64,000 nt of DNA from Paragordius varius (GCA_964247055.1 OZ176050.1:1798001-1862000), one strand, 5' to 3'; shown: positions 51,960 through 63,917, counted from the first letter of the stretch. Notes: generated by a model from the letters alone, not told the origin. Translations and numbers: made by a program.

Positions 51960-54900
51960 TTAAAATTGATACTTAATAATTAACTAAAAAACATTAAATA
52001 AAAATATATTACCTAAAAAATCCGGGTTAGATGGAGTATCCTTTCAAGATACAAAATTGTAATATATTTTTTATTAAATTTTTCACACCGGGTTGATTGT
52101 ATAGTTACACCAACTATACGTGAGTTCAAAAATTTTACGTGACTAGATTAAAATACAAATATTTAGTAATAAACAATTATTATTGCAAAAAAATTTTATT
52201 CAATACAATTTCTAGCTGCATATCTATTTAGTTTATTGTGTGATTTTTTTTTGAAAAAATTTATATACAAAAAATACCTGGAGTATATTGTATAAGAGGT
52301 TGAGAATATTTGCGTTTTGACTTTTGTTGATCTTGTTATTATAAAAATTTATTAAAGAATGATAGTATATTTAATAATTGGTCTTCACCTATGATTTTCT
52401 TTTAATAGGGTGGTTTATTGAAATTTTTTTTAACATAACATTCGAAATTTTTTGAAATTTAAAATTTTTGAACTAATATTCTATTTTTATGTTCCTTTGA
52501 TTCTATATTAAAATCTTTAAATGTTTATCGCACATGCTCGCCATTTTACATATAATTTAAAGGGCACCATTTGTAACCCTCCTATCTTAAAATAAATTTT
52601 ATTATATTGTTTTTTATATTTAATTTAAGATATAGGGAGAATACATTTAACCTAATAAATTGGAAAATATGTGGTAATATTGCCATTTTGATATAGAGCA
52701 GATTGTACATAACTTTAAATGACTTCCATAAATCAGTATAAGGGTTAAAACTAAAAGTATATAATTCTGATACATTTTTCATATATTACTTCACAGTTTA
52801 CACTATTAAGAGAAGGTTAGTTAAACATTGATCTAATTATAAAATAATTAACCGAAGTATAAAACCAAAATACATTACCTGAATGAATGGTTAATATTTT
52901 GGATGGTTCTAAAATATAGTTAAAATTATTATAAAATATTAGATTGTGTTCCTTAACACAGTCCAAATCAAAACTTTTAATATTTATATATATATATATA
53001 TATATATGCATACTAACTCTACCGACACTTTTCATTGTTACATCAATTATATTTAAGCCGATATCTAGAAATTAAGGTCACTAGAGAAGGGACCTTATTG
53101 ATTATTTAAGATTAAACAAAAAACTTTTTTTAAGCAGTATATTAACCTATCAAAATTACCCCAAAAATAAACGCAAAATTTAGCATCTTAAAATAAACTG
53201 ACATAAATAAAATTAAAAAAAAATTGCCATTGATATAATATTTTTAATTATGTAAAATAATGATGAAAAAGAATAGTGCAAAATAAAACATACCAGACAA
53301 ATCCAATAATTTGAGAGAATGCTCTATAGATATATTAGAAATTTATTTATATTAAGATATATATTATTTGTTTTAATGTGTAATGAATATTAAAAATAAA
53401 TATTTCTAAATAACTGGCGTTTTTTTTGTTTCTGGATTGGATTATCTAATAAGCAATATAATACATACAGCAATTTTTAAAACACCATAAGACCGGATAA
53501 AAACAATTACTATAATACATTTTGGGAAAAGCTATATTGGACATTTGATATGTTAGAGATGTTCTAGAATTGTTACATATTTCGGGATTTCTTCTTTTAA
53601 AATAGTTATCAGATAGATTTACCCCAATCCTGAGGAATTTTTTCCGAGTAAAAGATTTTTTGAAAAAAATGGTAAAGGATATCCAAGCGGGATATGTTTT
53701 ATGATTTCAGCTGGCGCACCTCTTCTTTACCATTGGCAGAATGTTTTACAGCCCATTCCACTTCTTTTTTAGCAGAGGAGCATCTTTTTCTTGGGTAGTT
53801 TCATTAAAAATTTTAGTGGTTTTTGTTTCATAGAGGTTGAATATGTGATCGTGCCATATTTTTAAGATATTGGCTTTATCCGTGACAATATAATTGTCAG
53901 CGTTTCTCAAGGGTCCGAGGTAGTTATAATTTTTGTTTTGTTTAATCCGTTTTGTGTGGGCAAAAAAGTTTTGATTGTTTTTGGCTCGGTTTCTGCCTTT
54001 TCACACAATGTATTATAGTAATTTGTTTTTATCGTCCTTATGCTTTTTGAAAATTGCATTGCATATATTTTACTTAATAGATGATCCAATACCAAAATAA
54101 AAAAACGCCAGGTAAACTTATTTTTAATTGCTACAAATTAAAACAAATAATATATACATTAAAATAAATAAATTTATTTTTATGAGCACTCTTTCAAGTT
54201 ATTGGATTTGTCTGGTATGTTTTATTTTACACTATTCTTTTTCATCATAATTTTTTTATATAATTAAAAATATTATATCATCGGCAAAACATTTTGTAAT
54301 TATCTCGGTTTATTCTTAGATTCTTAACACTTTTCACTTAATCACGCGATTATATTTTGTGGTAGTTTTTAACATGTTAAAATATTACTTAAAAAAAGTG
54401 TTTTGGTTAATATTACATAATCAATAAGGTCACTGCTCTAGTGACCTTAATTTCTAGATATCGGCTTAAATATAATTGATGTAACTATGAAAATAGTTTT
54501 GGTAGAGTTAGTATGCATATGTATATAAATATTTATAAAGTTTCGATTTGGACGGTATTAAGGAACACAATCTAATATTTAACAATAATTTTAACTATAT
54601 TTTAGAACCAAATTTACAATTCAATCGGGTAATGTATTTTGGTTTTATACTTCGGTTAATTATTTTATAATTAGTTTTCAATGTTTAGTTAACATTCTCT
54701 TAATAGTTTATAAACTATGAAGTAATATACTAAAAATGTATCAGAATCATATACTTTTGGTTTTGGCCCTTATACTGATTTATGAAAGTCATTTAAAAGT
54801 TATATGCAATCTGCTCTATATCAAAATGGCAATATTACAGCACATTTTCTTAAAATTTATTGAAGAAGGTTAATTGTCTCATTTTAAAAAATCTCCCTAT

Positions 54901-55620
54901 ATCATAAACTAAATATAAAAAACAATATTATAAAATTTATTTTAAGCTAGGATGGTTACAAATAAAATTATATGTAAAATTGTGAATATGTGCAATAAAC
55001 CTTTAAAGATTTAAATATAGAATCAAAGGAACATAAAAAACAATACTAGTTCATAATTTAAAATTGTAAAAAATTCCGAATGTTATGTTATCGCTAAAAA
55101 TTCAATAAACCCCATTAAAAGAAAAATATTAGGTGAGGCCCAAATTTTTTTATATATACTATCATTCTTAAATGAAATTTTTATAATAACAAGAACACTC
55201 AAAAAAGTCAAAACGTTCCAAGTATTGCCAACATCAATCCATTTACTCCAGGTATTTTTAGTCTATTAATTTAAAAATAAATTCACATAACTAAATGGAT
55301 ATGCAACTAGAAAATATATTCAATAAATTTTTTTTGCAATAATAATTCTTTATTGCTAAATATTTGTAATCCAATAATCTAAAAGTTTTAATTTCACATA
55401 AATTTAGTTAGTGTAACCAATAATAAACTCGGTATTGAGAATTTAATAGATAAGGAAAATATATTTGAAAAGTTTTATTTTAAAAGGTGTTTATAATTTC
55501 AGGATGTAAATGATAATAATACTTTTGATTATATTTTTAGATAGTTCATTCATTGACTTGTGTCCAGGTAATATATTTTAATATAAGTTGTTTAGTTAAT
55601 TAATTAAAAATTAATTTCGA
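51960..55620. repeat. Old ~3.6-kb palindrome, arms ~1.5 kb, spacer ~53533-53994
   Basis: CCGATATCTAGAAATTAAGGTCACTAGAG (~53059) mirrored at ~54435-54465; ATACCAGACAAATCCAATAA mirrored at ~54198; about 80% identity; outer ends fade and no TSD was found. Confidence 0.85.
53540..54090 (-). pseudogene. Decayed RTE LINE fragment (linker to RT N-terminus) at the palindrome centre
   Basis: Frameshifted KSIR..KTNYYNTLC, YLGPLRNADNYIVTDKANILKIWHDHIFNL, APLLKKEVEWAVKHSANGK and FQKIF..IPQDWGKS parallel the 55895-57976 protein. Confidence 0.8.
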
Positions 55621-55894
55621 ATATCTCATTTTTACTGAATATATTTTTGTTGAATTATGTGATAAAATGAGTTTATTTAAAATAAAATGCTTCTTATCTT
55701 TTTGCCATCTATACAAAGTTTGACCTATTTCATCCATTAGTTTTAAAAATATCTAAGAAAAAAGCTCTGCTTCGCGAGTTTGTCGCTTCCTATGTCAAAT
55801 ATTAACTAACGATGTAAATATTAGTATGCATTTTATAGAGTTTTTATTACTCTTTCGAACGATATATTGTTGTTGTTGTTGAGCTTGTAGTCGG

Positions 55895-57976
55895 TTATCG
55901 ACCATTAGCGATTATGTAGGAAAACTTCCTCCATTCGGTTCTGTCGTGAGCTTTTTGAGATAGTTTTTGCAGTGATAATTTGGAAAGTGATAAGATTTCG
56001 TCTACCCAGCGAATACGTCTGCGGCCTCTTCCTCTCTTACCATTTACTTTTCCTAACATAATATCCTTTTCCAAAGAATTGCCCCGAATAATGTGTCCAA
56101 AGTAACCGAATTTTTGTTTTATTATTTTACCCCGAAGCGTTGTTTGTGCGTTAATTTTATTTACAATGTCGATATTCTTTATTTTGTCCTTCCATGTTAT
56201 ACCAAGTATCTTTCTCCAGCAAAACATTTCAAACGCGTTTATTCTTTTTTCGTCTTCACTTTTGATAGTCCAGCTTTCACACCCGTATAACATGATAGGA
56301 AAGATTAATGCATTTACTAGTCGGATTTTTGTTTTAAGGGTTATGTCATGAGATTTCCATAACTTGTAGTGTGAGGATAGAGCGCATTTGGCGATAGCTA
56401 TGCGTCCTCTTATTTCTTGGGAACTGGAGCTTAAGTTGTTGATTATGCTTCCAAGGTATGTGTATTCGTTGACTACTTGAATTGTTTCGCCATTAATCCG
56501 AAGCGAGTCATAGGAATGAGGGGAGTTGATATGTAAAATTTTAGTTTTGTTGAGGTTTAATGTAAGATTGTATTTTTTGCACACATTTATAAAAGTTCGG
56601 AGACTGTTTTCGAGGTTTGTTAGTGAATTTGCTAAGATAACCGTGTCGTCTGCGTAGTGGAGAGTCGTCAGAGTGTGACCCCCTACTTTTATTCCTGGCA
56701 GATTTAGATCCCTCATGATACATTCCAAATATATGTTGAACAACATGGGGGATAAAATGCAGCCTTGACGCAGACCTATGTTCATTGGGCTCCAAGAGGT
56801 TGGGCCATGCGGGGTGTTAAGTGATAGGTAGGAGTTGGAGTATATGGATTTAATTAGTTTGATTAAGTGATCGGAAACTCCTATTTGTTTAAGGGCCTTC
56901 CAGAGAATGTCATGTTGAACGGTATCGAAGGCTTTAGAGAAATCCACGAAACATAGGTGTAGCTCATTTTGGAATTCACAGTTTTTTTCCATTATCCATC
57001 TAAGGTTTGAGTTCATGTCTCGGCATCCTCTTTTTTCTCTAAAGCCTGCCTGTGTCATTGATATTTCCGGTTTGACATATGGTTGTAGACGGTTTTGTAT
57101 TATTTTTAGGAAAACCTTTGAGGTTTGATTGATCAATGCTATTGTACGGTAATTTTCACATAGTTTAGGATCGCCCTTTTTGAATATAGGGACCACTAGT
57201 GATTTGTTCCAGTCCGTCGGGAATGTCGCCTCGTTGAAAATTTTTTGAAATAACGAAATAATTAATTTTATGGGAATGTGTCTTTGTAACTCGGTAGGGA
57301 TATCATTGAATCCTTCTGCTTTGCCGGTTGATGAATGCTTCAGGGCCCATTCAATTTCTTCTTTTAGTATAGGAGGGTCATAAGTTTGTTCAGAGTTCAT
57401 GGCAGTTATATTTGATTGTTTTGAGAATAAATTTTGGATGTATTCTTCCCAGAGTTTAATTACTCCTTTTTTATCGGTTAGAAGTTTTCCGTTTGAGTGA
57501 GACATAGGACCTTTGTATATTTGTTTTTTGCGCGGTTGAATGTCTTTAATATAAGAGAAATAGTTGTGATTAAATTTAGCAGCTTGCTCGAGGTTAGCGC
57601 AGATTGTATTATAATGAGATTCTTTGTCAAATCTTATGCTTTTTTGTAGTTCATTATTAATATTTTTGTACTCAAGGGGAGTGCCCTTGGATTTTGCTAC
57701 TCTTCTCTGTTCAATTAGGTCGATGCTTTGTTGTGATATGGTGAATTTTTTGTTTTTTGTTGTGGCGGGCGGTATATATTCTTTAGCTGTTTCGATGGTA
57801 ATTTTGTGAATAGTAGACCAAAGATCATCTGTGTTCAATGTTTCGTATTTTAGGGATTCAAATTTATTGTTAAGGATTGGAGTAAAATCGGCAGGTATAA
57901 GTTTGTAGTTCAATTTAGTTTTGGAAAAGTTTTTTTGCGGCTGAGGAAGTTGTAGCTTTATTTTGATCTTGGCCAT
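55895..57976 (-). CDS. LINE reverse transcriptase (RTE clade), 693 aa, N-terminus lost
   Basis: KKGDPKLCENYRTIAL, QAGFR, FVDFSKAFDTV, GLRQGCILSPMLFN, YADD, YTYLGS and C-terminal GKRGRGRRRIRW. Confidence 0.92.
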   Translation of the reverse strand: MAKIKIKLQLPQPQKNFSKTKLNYKLIPADFTPILNNKFESLKYETLNTDDLWSTIHKITIETAKEYIPPATTKNKKFTISQQSIDLIEQRRVAKSKGTPLEYKNINNELQKSIRFDKESHYNTICANLEQAAKFNHNYFSYIKDIQPRKKQIYKGPMSHSNGKLLTDKKGVIKLWEEYIQNLFSKQSNITAMNSEQTYDPPILKEEIEWALKHSSTGKAEGFNDIPTELQRHIPIKLIISLFQKIFNEATFPTDWNKSLVVPIFKKGDPKLCENYRTIALINQTSKVFLKIIQNRLQPYVKPEISMTQAGFREKRGCRDMNSNLRWIMEKNCEFQNELHLCFVDFSKAFDTVQHDILWKALKQIGVSDHLIKLIKSIYSNSYLSLNTPHGPTSWSPMNIGLRQGCILSPMLFNIYLECIMRDLNLPGIKVGGHTLTTLHYADDTVILANSLTNLENSLRTFINVCKKYNLTLNLNKTKILHINSPHSYDSLRINGETIQVVNEYTYLGSIINNLSSSSQEIRGRIAIAKCALSSHYKLWKSHDITLKTKIRLVNALIFPIMLYGCESWTIKSEDEKRINAFEMFCWRKILGITWKDKIKNIDIVNKINAQTTLRGKIIKQKFGYFGHIIRGNSLEKDIMLGKVNGKRGRGRRRIRWVDEILSLSKLSLQKLSQKAHDRTEWRKFSYIIANGR

Positions 57977-58440
57977 TAATAATCGCCGATGATGAAAGTT
58001 ATGTCTTTCTTGGATGTTTCACAGAGAGCCATTTGTAATTCATTATAGAACTTTTCACATTCGTCTTCGGGTGAAACACTCGTAGGGGCATAGATTTGAT
58101 ATATTGTTATAGCCTGGGGTCTGGTGTTGATTCGTAGGGATATAATACGATCGGAGATAGGTCTATATATAACAGTATGTTTGGCAAGATTATTCGATAT
58201 TAAGAAACCACATCCATTTCGTTTGAGTTCCCCGCCAGAGTTATAAAACGAGTAATTGTCGTATATTTTGTGTGAGTTATGTTGCATATGAGTCTCCGAC
58301 AGCCCTAACACATGGATGTTTAAACGTTTCATTTCGCGAATTATTATATCCAATTTGTTATCTGAAGTCCCACGGGTATTCCAGGTGGCCATATTTAATT
58401 CTAAATTACGGGAGCTTATTTTAGAATTATGGCTTTCCAT
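57976..58440 (-). CDS. N-terminal half of the APE-type endonuclease of the same LINE (truncated)
   Basis: MATWNTRG, VLGLSETH, GCGFLI, IYQIYAPT and IIGD, then an immediate stop where GDFN is expected. Confidence 0.88.
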   Translation of the reverse strand: MESHNSKISSRNLELNMATWNTRGTSDNKLDIIIREMKRLNIHVLGLSETHMQHNSHKIYDNYSFYNSGGELKRNGCGFLISNNLAKHTVIYRPISDRIISLRINTRPQAITIYQIYAPTSVSPEDECEKFYNELQMALCETSKKDITFIIGDY

Positions 58441-59209
58441 GTAGGAATTTATTTTAGTGGTGGTGTATTGAGATATAGAAATAAATAGAAAGAATCAGTA
58501 TGATATGTCCACTGATGTTTAGGAATGGTTTTTAGGGAATGAAATTGTCGATGAAAATTTTGGAGTTGTATGTTCTGTAGAAATAAATCATGTGAGATTA
58601 TAATTCTGAGCGATATAATTTCTTCCGGATAATAAAAGTGATAATAAATTGATGAAGATAATGAGATAAATTCTGTTTATCACCGAATGTGAACAAGATT
58701 TCCTATAAAATCAAAAGGTACGCGCATCTCGGGAGTGAACATACCAAGTTCTTCTCCACGCCTGTAGCCGATCATGAACGAATGGGCATTTGTTGCAAAT
58801 TAAATGAAACATTTATAAATAAAATTTTGATAAAAAATTAAGGTGTTTTAACTATTATATCAGATTTTTAAAATGTTAATTATCAAAAATGCAAAAAACT
58901 CGAGTGGCAAAATTTCTTGTCTAGTTTAATTAATCGTAATTATGCATAAATGTTTTATTTCTTTAAATACAAAATTTAAGTTTGTACAAAAAAACCAAAG
59001 TTATGAAGGGTCAACACATTATATACCAGTAATGTTAAATAGACTCTGTTATATATGCCAGAAATTAATCAAAAGGGTAGCACTAATAAAAAGCCTTGGT
59101 TCAATTAAAAGATGTGGGTGTTATCATTTTTGAGATTTAGTATTTTAATTTAACTAAATAAAAAATAGTAGCCTTTACCGACTTTTATTAATGCCTGTAA
59201 TAAAAAATA

Positions 59210-59380
59210 CCTTCTGATTTTGGCGATGGTGTTGGTTGTTTTCATAGCTAATCGGGATCGATTCGTCGCTATTTCGTAATAGTTACGCTAGCTTGTAAGG
59301 TTTGGTGTGTTGGATATCAACTGTTGCAATGTTATTTACTAAGAATCGAACCAATTCATTTTGCATCTACCACGTTTTTT
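59210..59380 (-). pseudogene. Decayed RTE LINE C-terminal fragment
   Basis: KKRGRCKMNWFDS**ITLQQL...IATNRSRL resembles GKRGRGRRRIRWVDE...AHDRTEWR of the intact RT ORF. Confidence 0.55.
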
Positions 59381-59519
59381 TGAGCGATAGAAACAGTTAA
59401 AAATGAACACGCTCTGTAACTATATAATTATAAATGCAAGTATGAACACAGAATATATTATGATACCATTTTCTATCGAATTGGAGTTACACGCAACATA
59501 CAAATGCAAAGACAGAAAA

Positions 59520-59857
59520 GGTTATCTTTTTGTCATTCATTGCCATGCACATAAAGTTTGAGCCATTTTCATCCATTAGTTTTAAAAATATATTAATTAA
59601 AAAAAACGCTCTCACTTCGGGTGTTTATCGCTTTCTTCCTATGTCCAATATTAACCGATGTACAGTATATAGATTTTTAATCTTTCGAATATAGCACAAA
59701 TGAAACTTGTTGTATATTTTCAAAAAACATTTTTAAATAATTTTGATAAAGAGGGCGCATAATCAAAAAAAATCTTAAATGGAATAATAATTAACTGTTA
59801 AAATGATAGTAAATAACTGAAATTGCAAAAATGTGTCGCAGGAAAAAATGTTGTCTA
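59520..59857 (+). repeat. Dispersed repeat (possibly a Helitron 3' part); its paralogue 55690-55866 + 58795-58925 is split by the LINE
   Basis: Shared AAAGTTTGA..ATTTCATCCATTAGTTTTAAAAATAT, CTTCCTATGTC-AATATTAAC, TCTTTCGAA, AAATGAAAC and TTGTCTAGT. Helitron call rests only on the CTAG|T end; no clear hairpin. Confidence 0.6.
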
Positions 59858-61862
59858 GTGTATATATAAAAAATTTATTTTTAACTAAAGTCTAAAATAA
59901 AAATTGATAATTTTATCAGTGGATTGCTCTCAAAATATTAATAAAATATTATTTCTTAGTTTTCAAATCAAAGCGCTATAATTATATATGTAACCCTATT
60001 CAATATTCTTTTATCAACAAAGAGACAACAATTGTAAAGTTATATTAACCAAATATAAGCCAAAACTAGCCGCTAGAAAACAATTTATCTAAAGCGTAAA
60101 ATAATTTTCCTGATTCAAAAATATTTATATTTACAGTAAATTTTATAATTGAGAGTTTTAGGTAGTTTTTTTAAAAAAAAATTTTACTTTATAAGCAATT
60201 ATACCTCAAGAACATTATAATTATATAAACCAACATTTATATAATCAGAATTTAAAGCCAAAAAGAGTTAATGACTGTTTTTTCAAAATATATTTCTCGG
60301 CCCACCAAAACTATACTGATTATGCATGCATAATATCAAATATTTAACTGATAATGCTTTTGTTTCAGTTGGCTATTTTTAATTAATCTAAGTTTTTCAA
60401 AGTAAATTGTCTTTTGGTGAGTGCATAATTTACGTAATAAATCCTAACGTTATAATACTTCACAGCTCAAACAGAGGATCAATCGATTCCATGCTGATAT
60501 CAATCACCTACCAACAAAGGAAGCGCAAATTCTATTTTGGATAATATGCGCGCAAGTTTTGCTATTTTTACCATAAAAGTTTTAGATTTTTATTGGTAAA
60601 GAGCAATTAAAACACCAAGAATAAAGATTGACATATCTATCTGGGTATATTTCAGGTTCCTATTTAGGCATAGTGTATATTGGTATATGCACATTATGAT
60701 GGCGCATATAATTATCGAATCTCCAATACATTGTGCAATTTACTATTTTGGTCGGTGATCAACATGACAAGCATGGATCGGATTGATTATCTCTTTGAGC
60801 TGTTCCAGGAGTATTATAAAGGTTTTTAAGATTTATTATAAAGAATGGCACTCACAAAAATACTAGATGGCTTTCACCAAGAACCTATAACATATAAAAT
60901 AAATATTTTTTGATACATTAGATATTAGGTAAAGCCTTATGCGGGTAAAACCGAAAACTGACATTACTTTATTTCGATAATTTATTTAATCATAGTTATC
61001 TAATGATAATACGAATGCGTTAGTAGCTCATAAAAAAGCAGACACTATTGTAATCCCCAATGGCCAAGGGAAACCGCTTTTTGGGGCGGATTATTTAATA
61101 CCAACTACCAACCCAATCATAGATTTTTTCCAGCTAATCAGATCGTAAAGCAAGGCGTGGATTTAATGAGTTATGTAAAGTCTTTGTAGGTAAAATTAAA
61201 GCACAGTATAAATTTATTATTAATATATCGATTGAAATATCCCCACTACTTCTTATGTACTTCTGGTAATTTTTTGCACATTCTTCAGAAAATTAAAAAA
61301 AAATTTATACTCTGAAAATATTAGGATAGATATAATCATTTTAAGCTTTTGATTGCAATTTACGGTAACGGCTAAAATAATAGCTTTCGGCTTTTGGTCT
61401 AACATAACCATAAGGCTGCCGGTTTATGGATGTTTGTGGATAAAACAATTTAATTAATTAAACAATACAAGTTTGTGAAATTTTTTACGGTGTGAGAACT
61501 GACATTACTATAATTTAAAAATAAGGCATTTTGCTTTGACCATTGTATTTGATTGTTTTATTTGTGGTATTTTTTATAAAAGTGAGATATTACTGCTAAA
61601 AACGTCAATTTTAATTTTTTGTTTCGTATGGGTATAGTAAAGCTGATTCCAATCATTGGGTAGTAATCAAAAAAAATACGCACAGGCCTTTTTACATAAA
61701 ATATTTGAGATTTTGCACACTTTTATAAACGATTTAAAGCTACTTTTATAAGCAACGTCAAATATTTTCATTACTTTAATATTATTGAGCTTTAACTAAA
61801 GACCAAACTTAATTTGAAAGTACATATTGTAATGGTAAACAACGGATTGGTTTGTTTTGTAA

Positions 61863-62012
61863 TAACAGTTGTTAAAATCCGTAATATAAGGATAAGGGAT
61901 AATTAACTAGAATTTAATGAAAGCATAAATAGAATAAACGATATGTGAAACCCTTCGTCAATAATCGCAGACTAGTATCCCTTATCCTTATAACGGATTT
62001 TAACAACTGTTA
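61863..62012. mobile_element. Internally deleted 150-bp derivative of the 49026-49358 MITE family
   Basis: Same TAACAGTTGTTAAAATCCG / CGGATTTTAACAACTGTTA ends; left ~115 bp colinear to GCAGACTAG, then a jump to the right TIR. Confidence 0.85.
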
Positions 62013-63789
62013 TTAATTTGAAGTAGACTATTTTAACAGTCAATTAAATATAAAACATATAAATTAATTTAATAATTAATTAATAAAAATATTTACAGAT
62101 TAGCGGCTATGATATTTATAGGAATGTTCAATTATGAAAAATGGCTATCAAATGATAGAATACGAACAAAACAATATAAATACTCGTGAACATTAACCAA
62201 AAACAATATTGATCAAAATTATTATTTAAAGTACAAAATCTATTTTTATAAGCAAACATTTATAATTTATACCCATAATTCTACTTTAAATTCCATAAAC
62301 ATAAAAGCCCAATTTAATTGTTTATCCGACAATTACGAGATTGTTAATTTCGATAAATTACTTAATTAGATTTATGATAAAAGGTCAACCATAAATAATT
62401 ATCAGATAATCTTTTTTAGCAGGGGTGTAAAACATATGACCCTCCATTTCTAGAGCCCGTGAAAAGTAAAACACAAAATTATACGAAATCTAGGTGTAAT
62501 ATAAATTTCCAATTATTAAATTAATTTTTCCGAACTCGGAAATGAACAAACAAAAATTAAAATAAATAGTAGATTTTACAGTATATTTGTAATATAATAT
62601 ATGTTAGTGCCCATTTGAGAAAATTTTAATCCTAAATATCTTGATAAGGCGAATATAAAGTTTATACAATTTCAAGCTATATTCAAAAATATTTTATAAA
62701 CTACAGCAAAATTAATATTTGTATATAGATTAGCGTTCGGTTTTTGAATCAAAATTAGATAAAATGAACATTATAAAAATAAGTAAAATTTATGTATAGA
62801 AATTGATTTCATTCAATTTATTATATAAACATTGTTAAAATACTATATCAAATAATATATTTAACTAAAAGGATTTGATCAGTAAAAAAATATTCGACTT
62901 TTCGGTCTGAATACTTCAAAATCAAAATAGCTATTAGACATCTCTTAACAATAAAATATTATAGATATACTCAATACTTAAAAATATAATTATTGCGATT
63001 TTATTGTCCTTTAAAAGCTAAATATGTTGTCCGAACATACATTCAAAAATATATTAAAAAAATCTACATTTCAAATCTTCAGCCAGGTTCTTAGGTTTTG
63101 CAAAATGGCCGAAAAGTCAATAACACTTATTTATATATATATACATATAAATAAAATGTCAGTAGCAAATCATGAAATTATTTTAGCTTCGAATTTACGT
63201 TTTAGCGAAATTTCATTTAGTTTACGAACAATATGTTATTTGAATTTTACTAATTGAATATAAAATTTATAAAAAAATTATGCTTGCAATAAAAATATTC
63301 TGCCTATATTTTATATAATATGCTTTTAAATTACCAATAGGCCCAAGAATTTGATAAAAAAGTTAGGAAATTTAAGAAATGATGAAATTCTATTAAAATA
63401 TAAAAAACAACTATTCAAATTAGGCAAATAATAATATAAAGCGAAAAAAAAATAAATGTTCAATGTTTATAAACCAAACTAATTTGCATGTTAAGAAAAT
63501 ATACGGCTTTAATAGTCAAGAGAGTTCATATCATTTTGGTTGTTAAACGGCTAAAAAATTATTTAATTTATAAGTCTATTACATCATGTACGATATTATT
63601 CATTTCTCATTTAATTAAATTTAAATTGTGGATAAAATGTACAAGAATTTAAAAATACATATAAACAATTCAGATTAAATTAATATCTAATATATACCAA
63701 GGATACATCTTTTAAATTTTATTAACATAACTATTTTTTATTTTATCAACAAGAATAAATAAATTATAAAAACTAATTTTTTCACTTAA

Positions 63790-63897
63790 CACTTCAATTC
63801 AATTTGGGGTATCTAAATACCCCAGATTAAATTTGAATTAATATTTTAAAAAAACTACTGAAGAAAACGGCCCCAATTTAAATTTATGCTTCTATAC
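63790..63897 (+). mobile_element. piggyBac-like MITE, partial copy (short end)
   Basis: TTAA (63786-63789)|CACTTCAATTCAATTTGGGGTATCTAAATACCCCAG...GCTTCTAT matches 33519-33625. Confidence 0.75.
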
Positions 63898-63917
63898 CAT
63901 TTTTCATGCAAAAACAT

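Larger units (their letters stand above)
55867..58795 (-). mobile_element. RTE-clade non-LTR retrotransposon, near full length, internally deleted
   Basis: APE endonuclease start plus RT ORF; very short 3' UTR ending in a (CAA)n tail at 55867-55881; GC-richer leader at ~58715-58790; 5' boundary inferred from resumption of the host repeat. Confidence 0.88.

Noticed and set aside
56093-57809. Small ORFs overlapping the LINE RT
   Set aside because: Alternative-frame or antisense by-products of the RT coding sequence.
58690-58800. HDV-like ribozyme in the RTE 5' leader
   Set aside because: Known from some RTE elements, and a short stem (GGTATG/CGTACC) is present, but I could not fit P1, P2, P3 and the catalytic junction by eye; needs a descriptor search.
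42725-63257. The remaining 60-80 aa ORFs as host genes
   Set aside because: Composition is dominated by I/F/L/K/Y/N from AT-rich codons, many cross (TA)n or TE arms, and no domain or exon chain was recognised.
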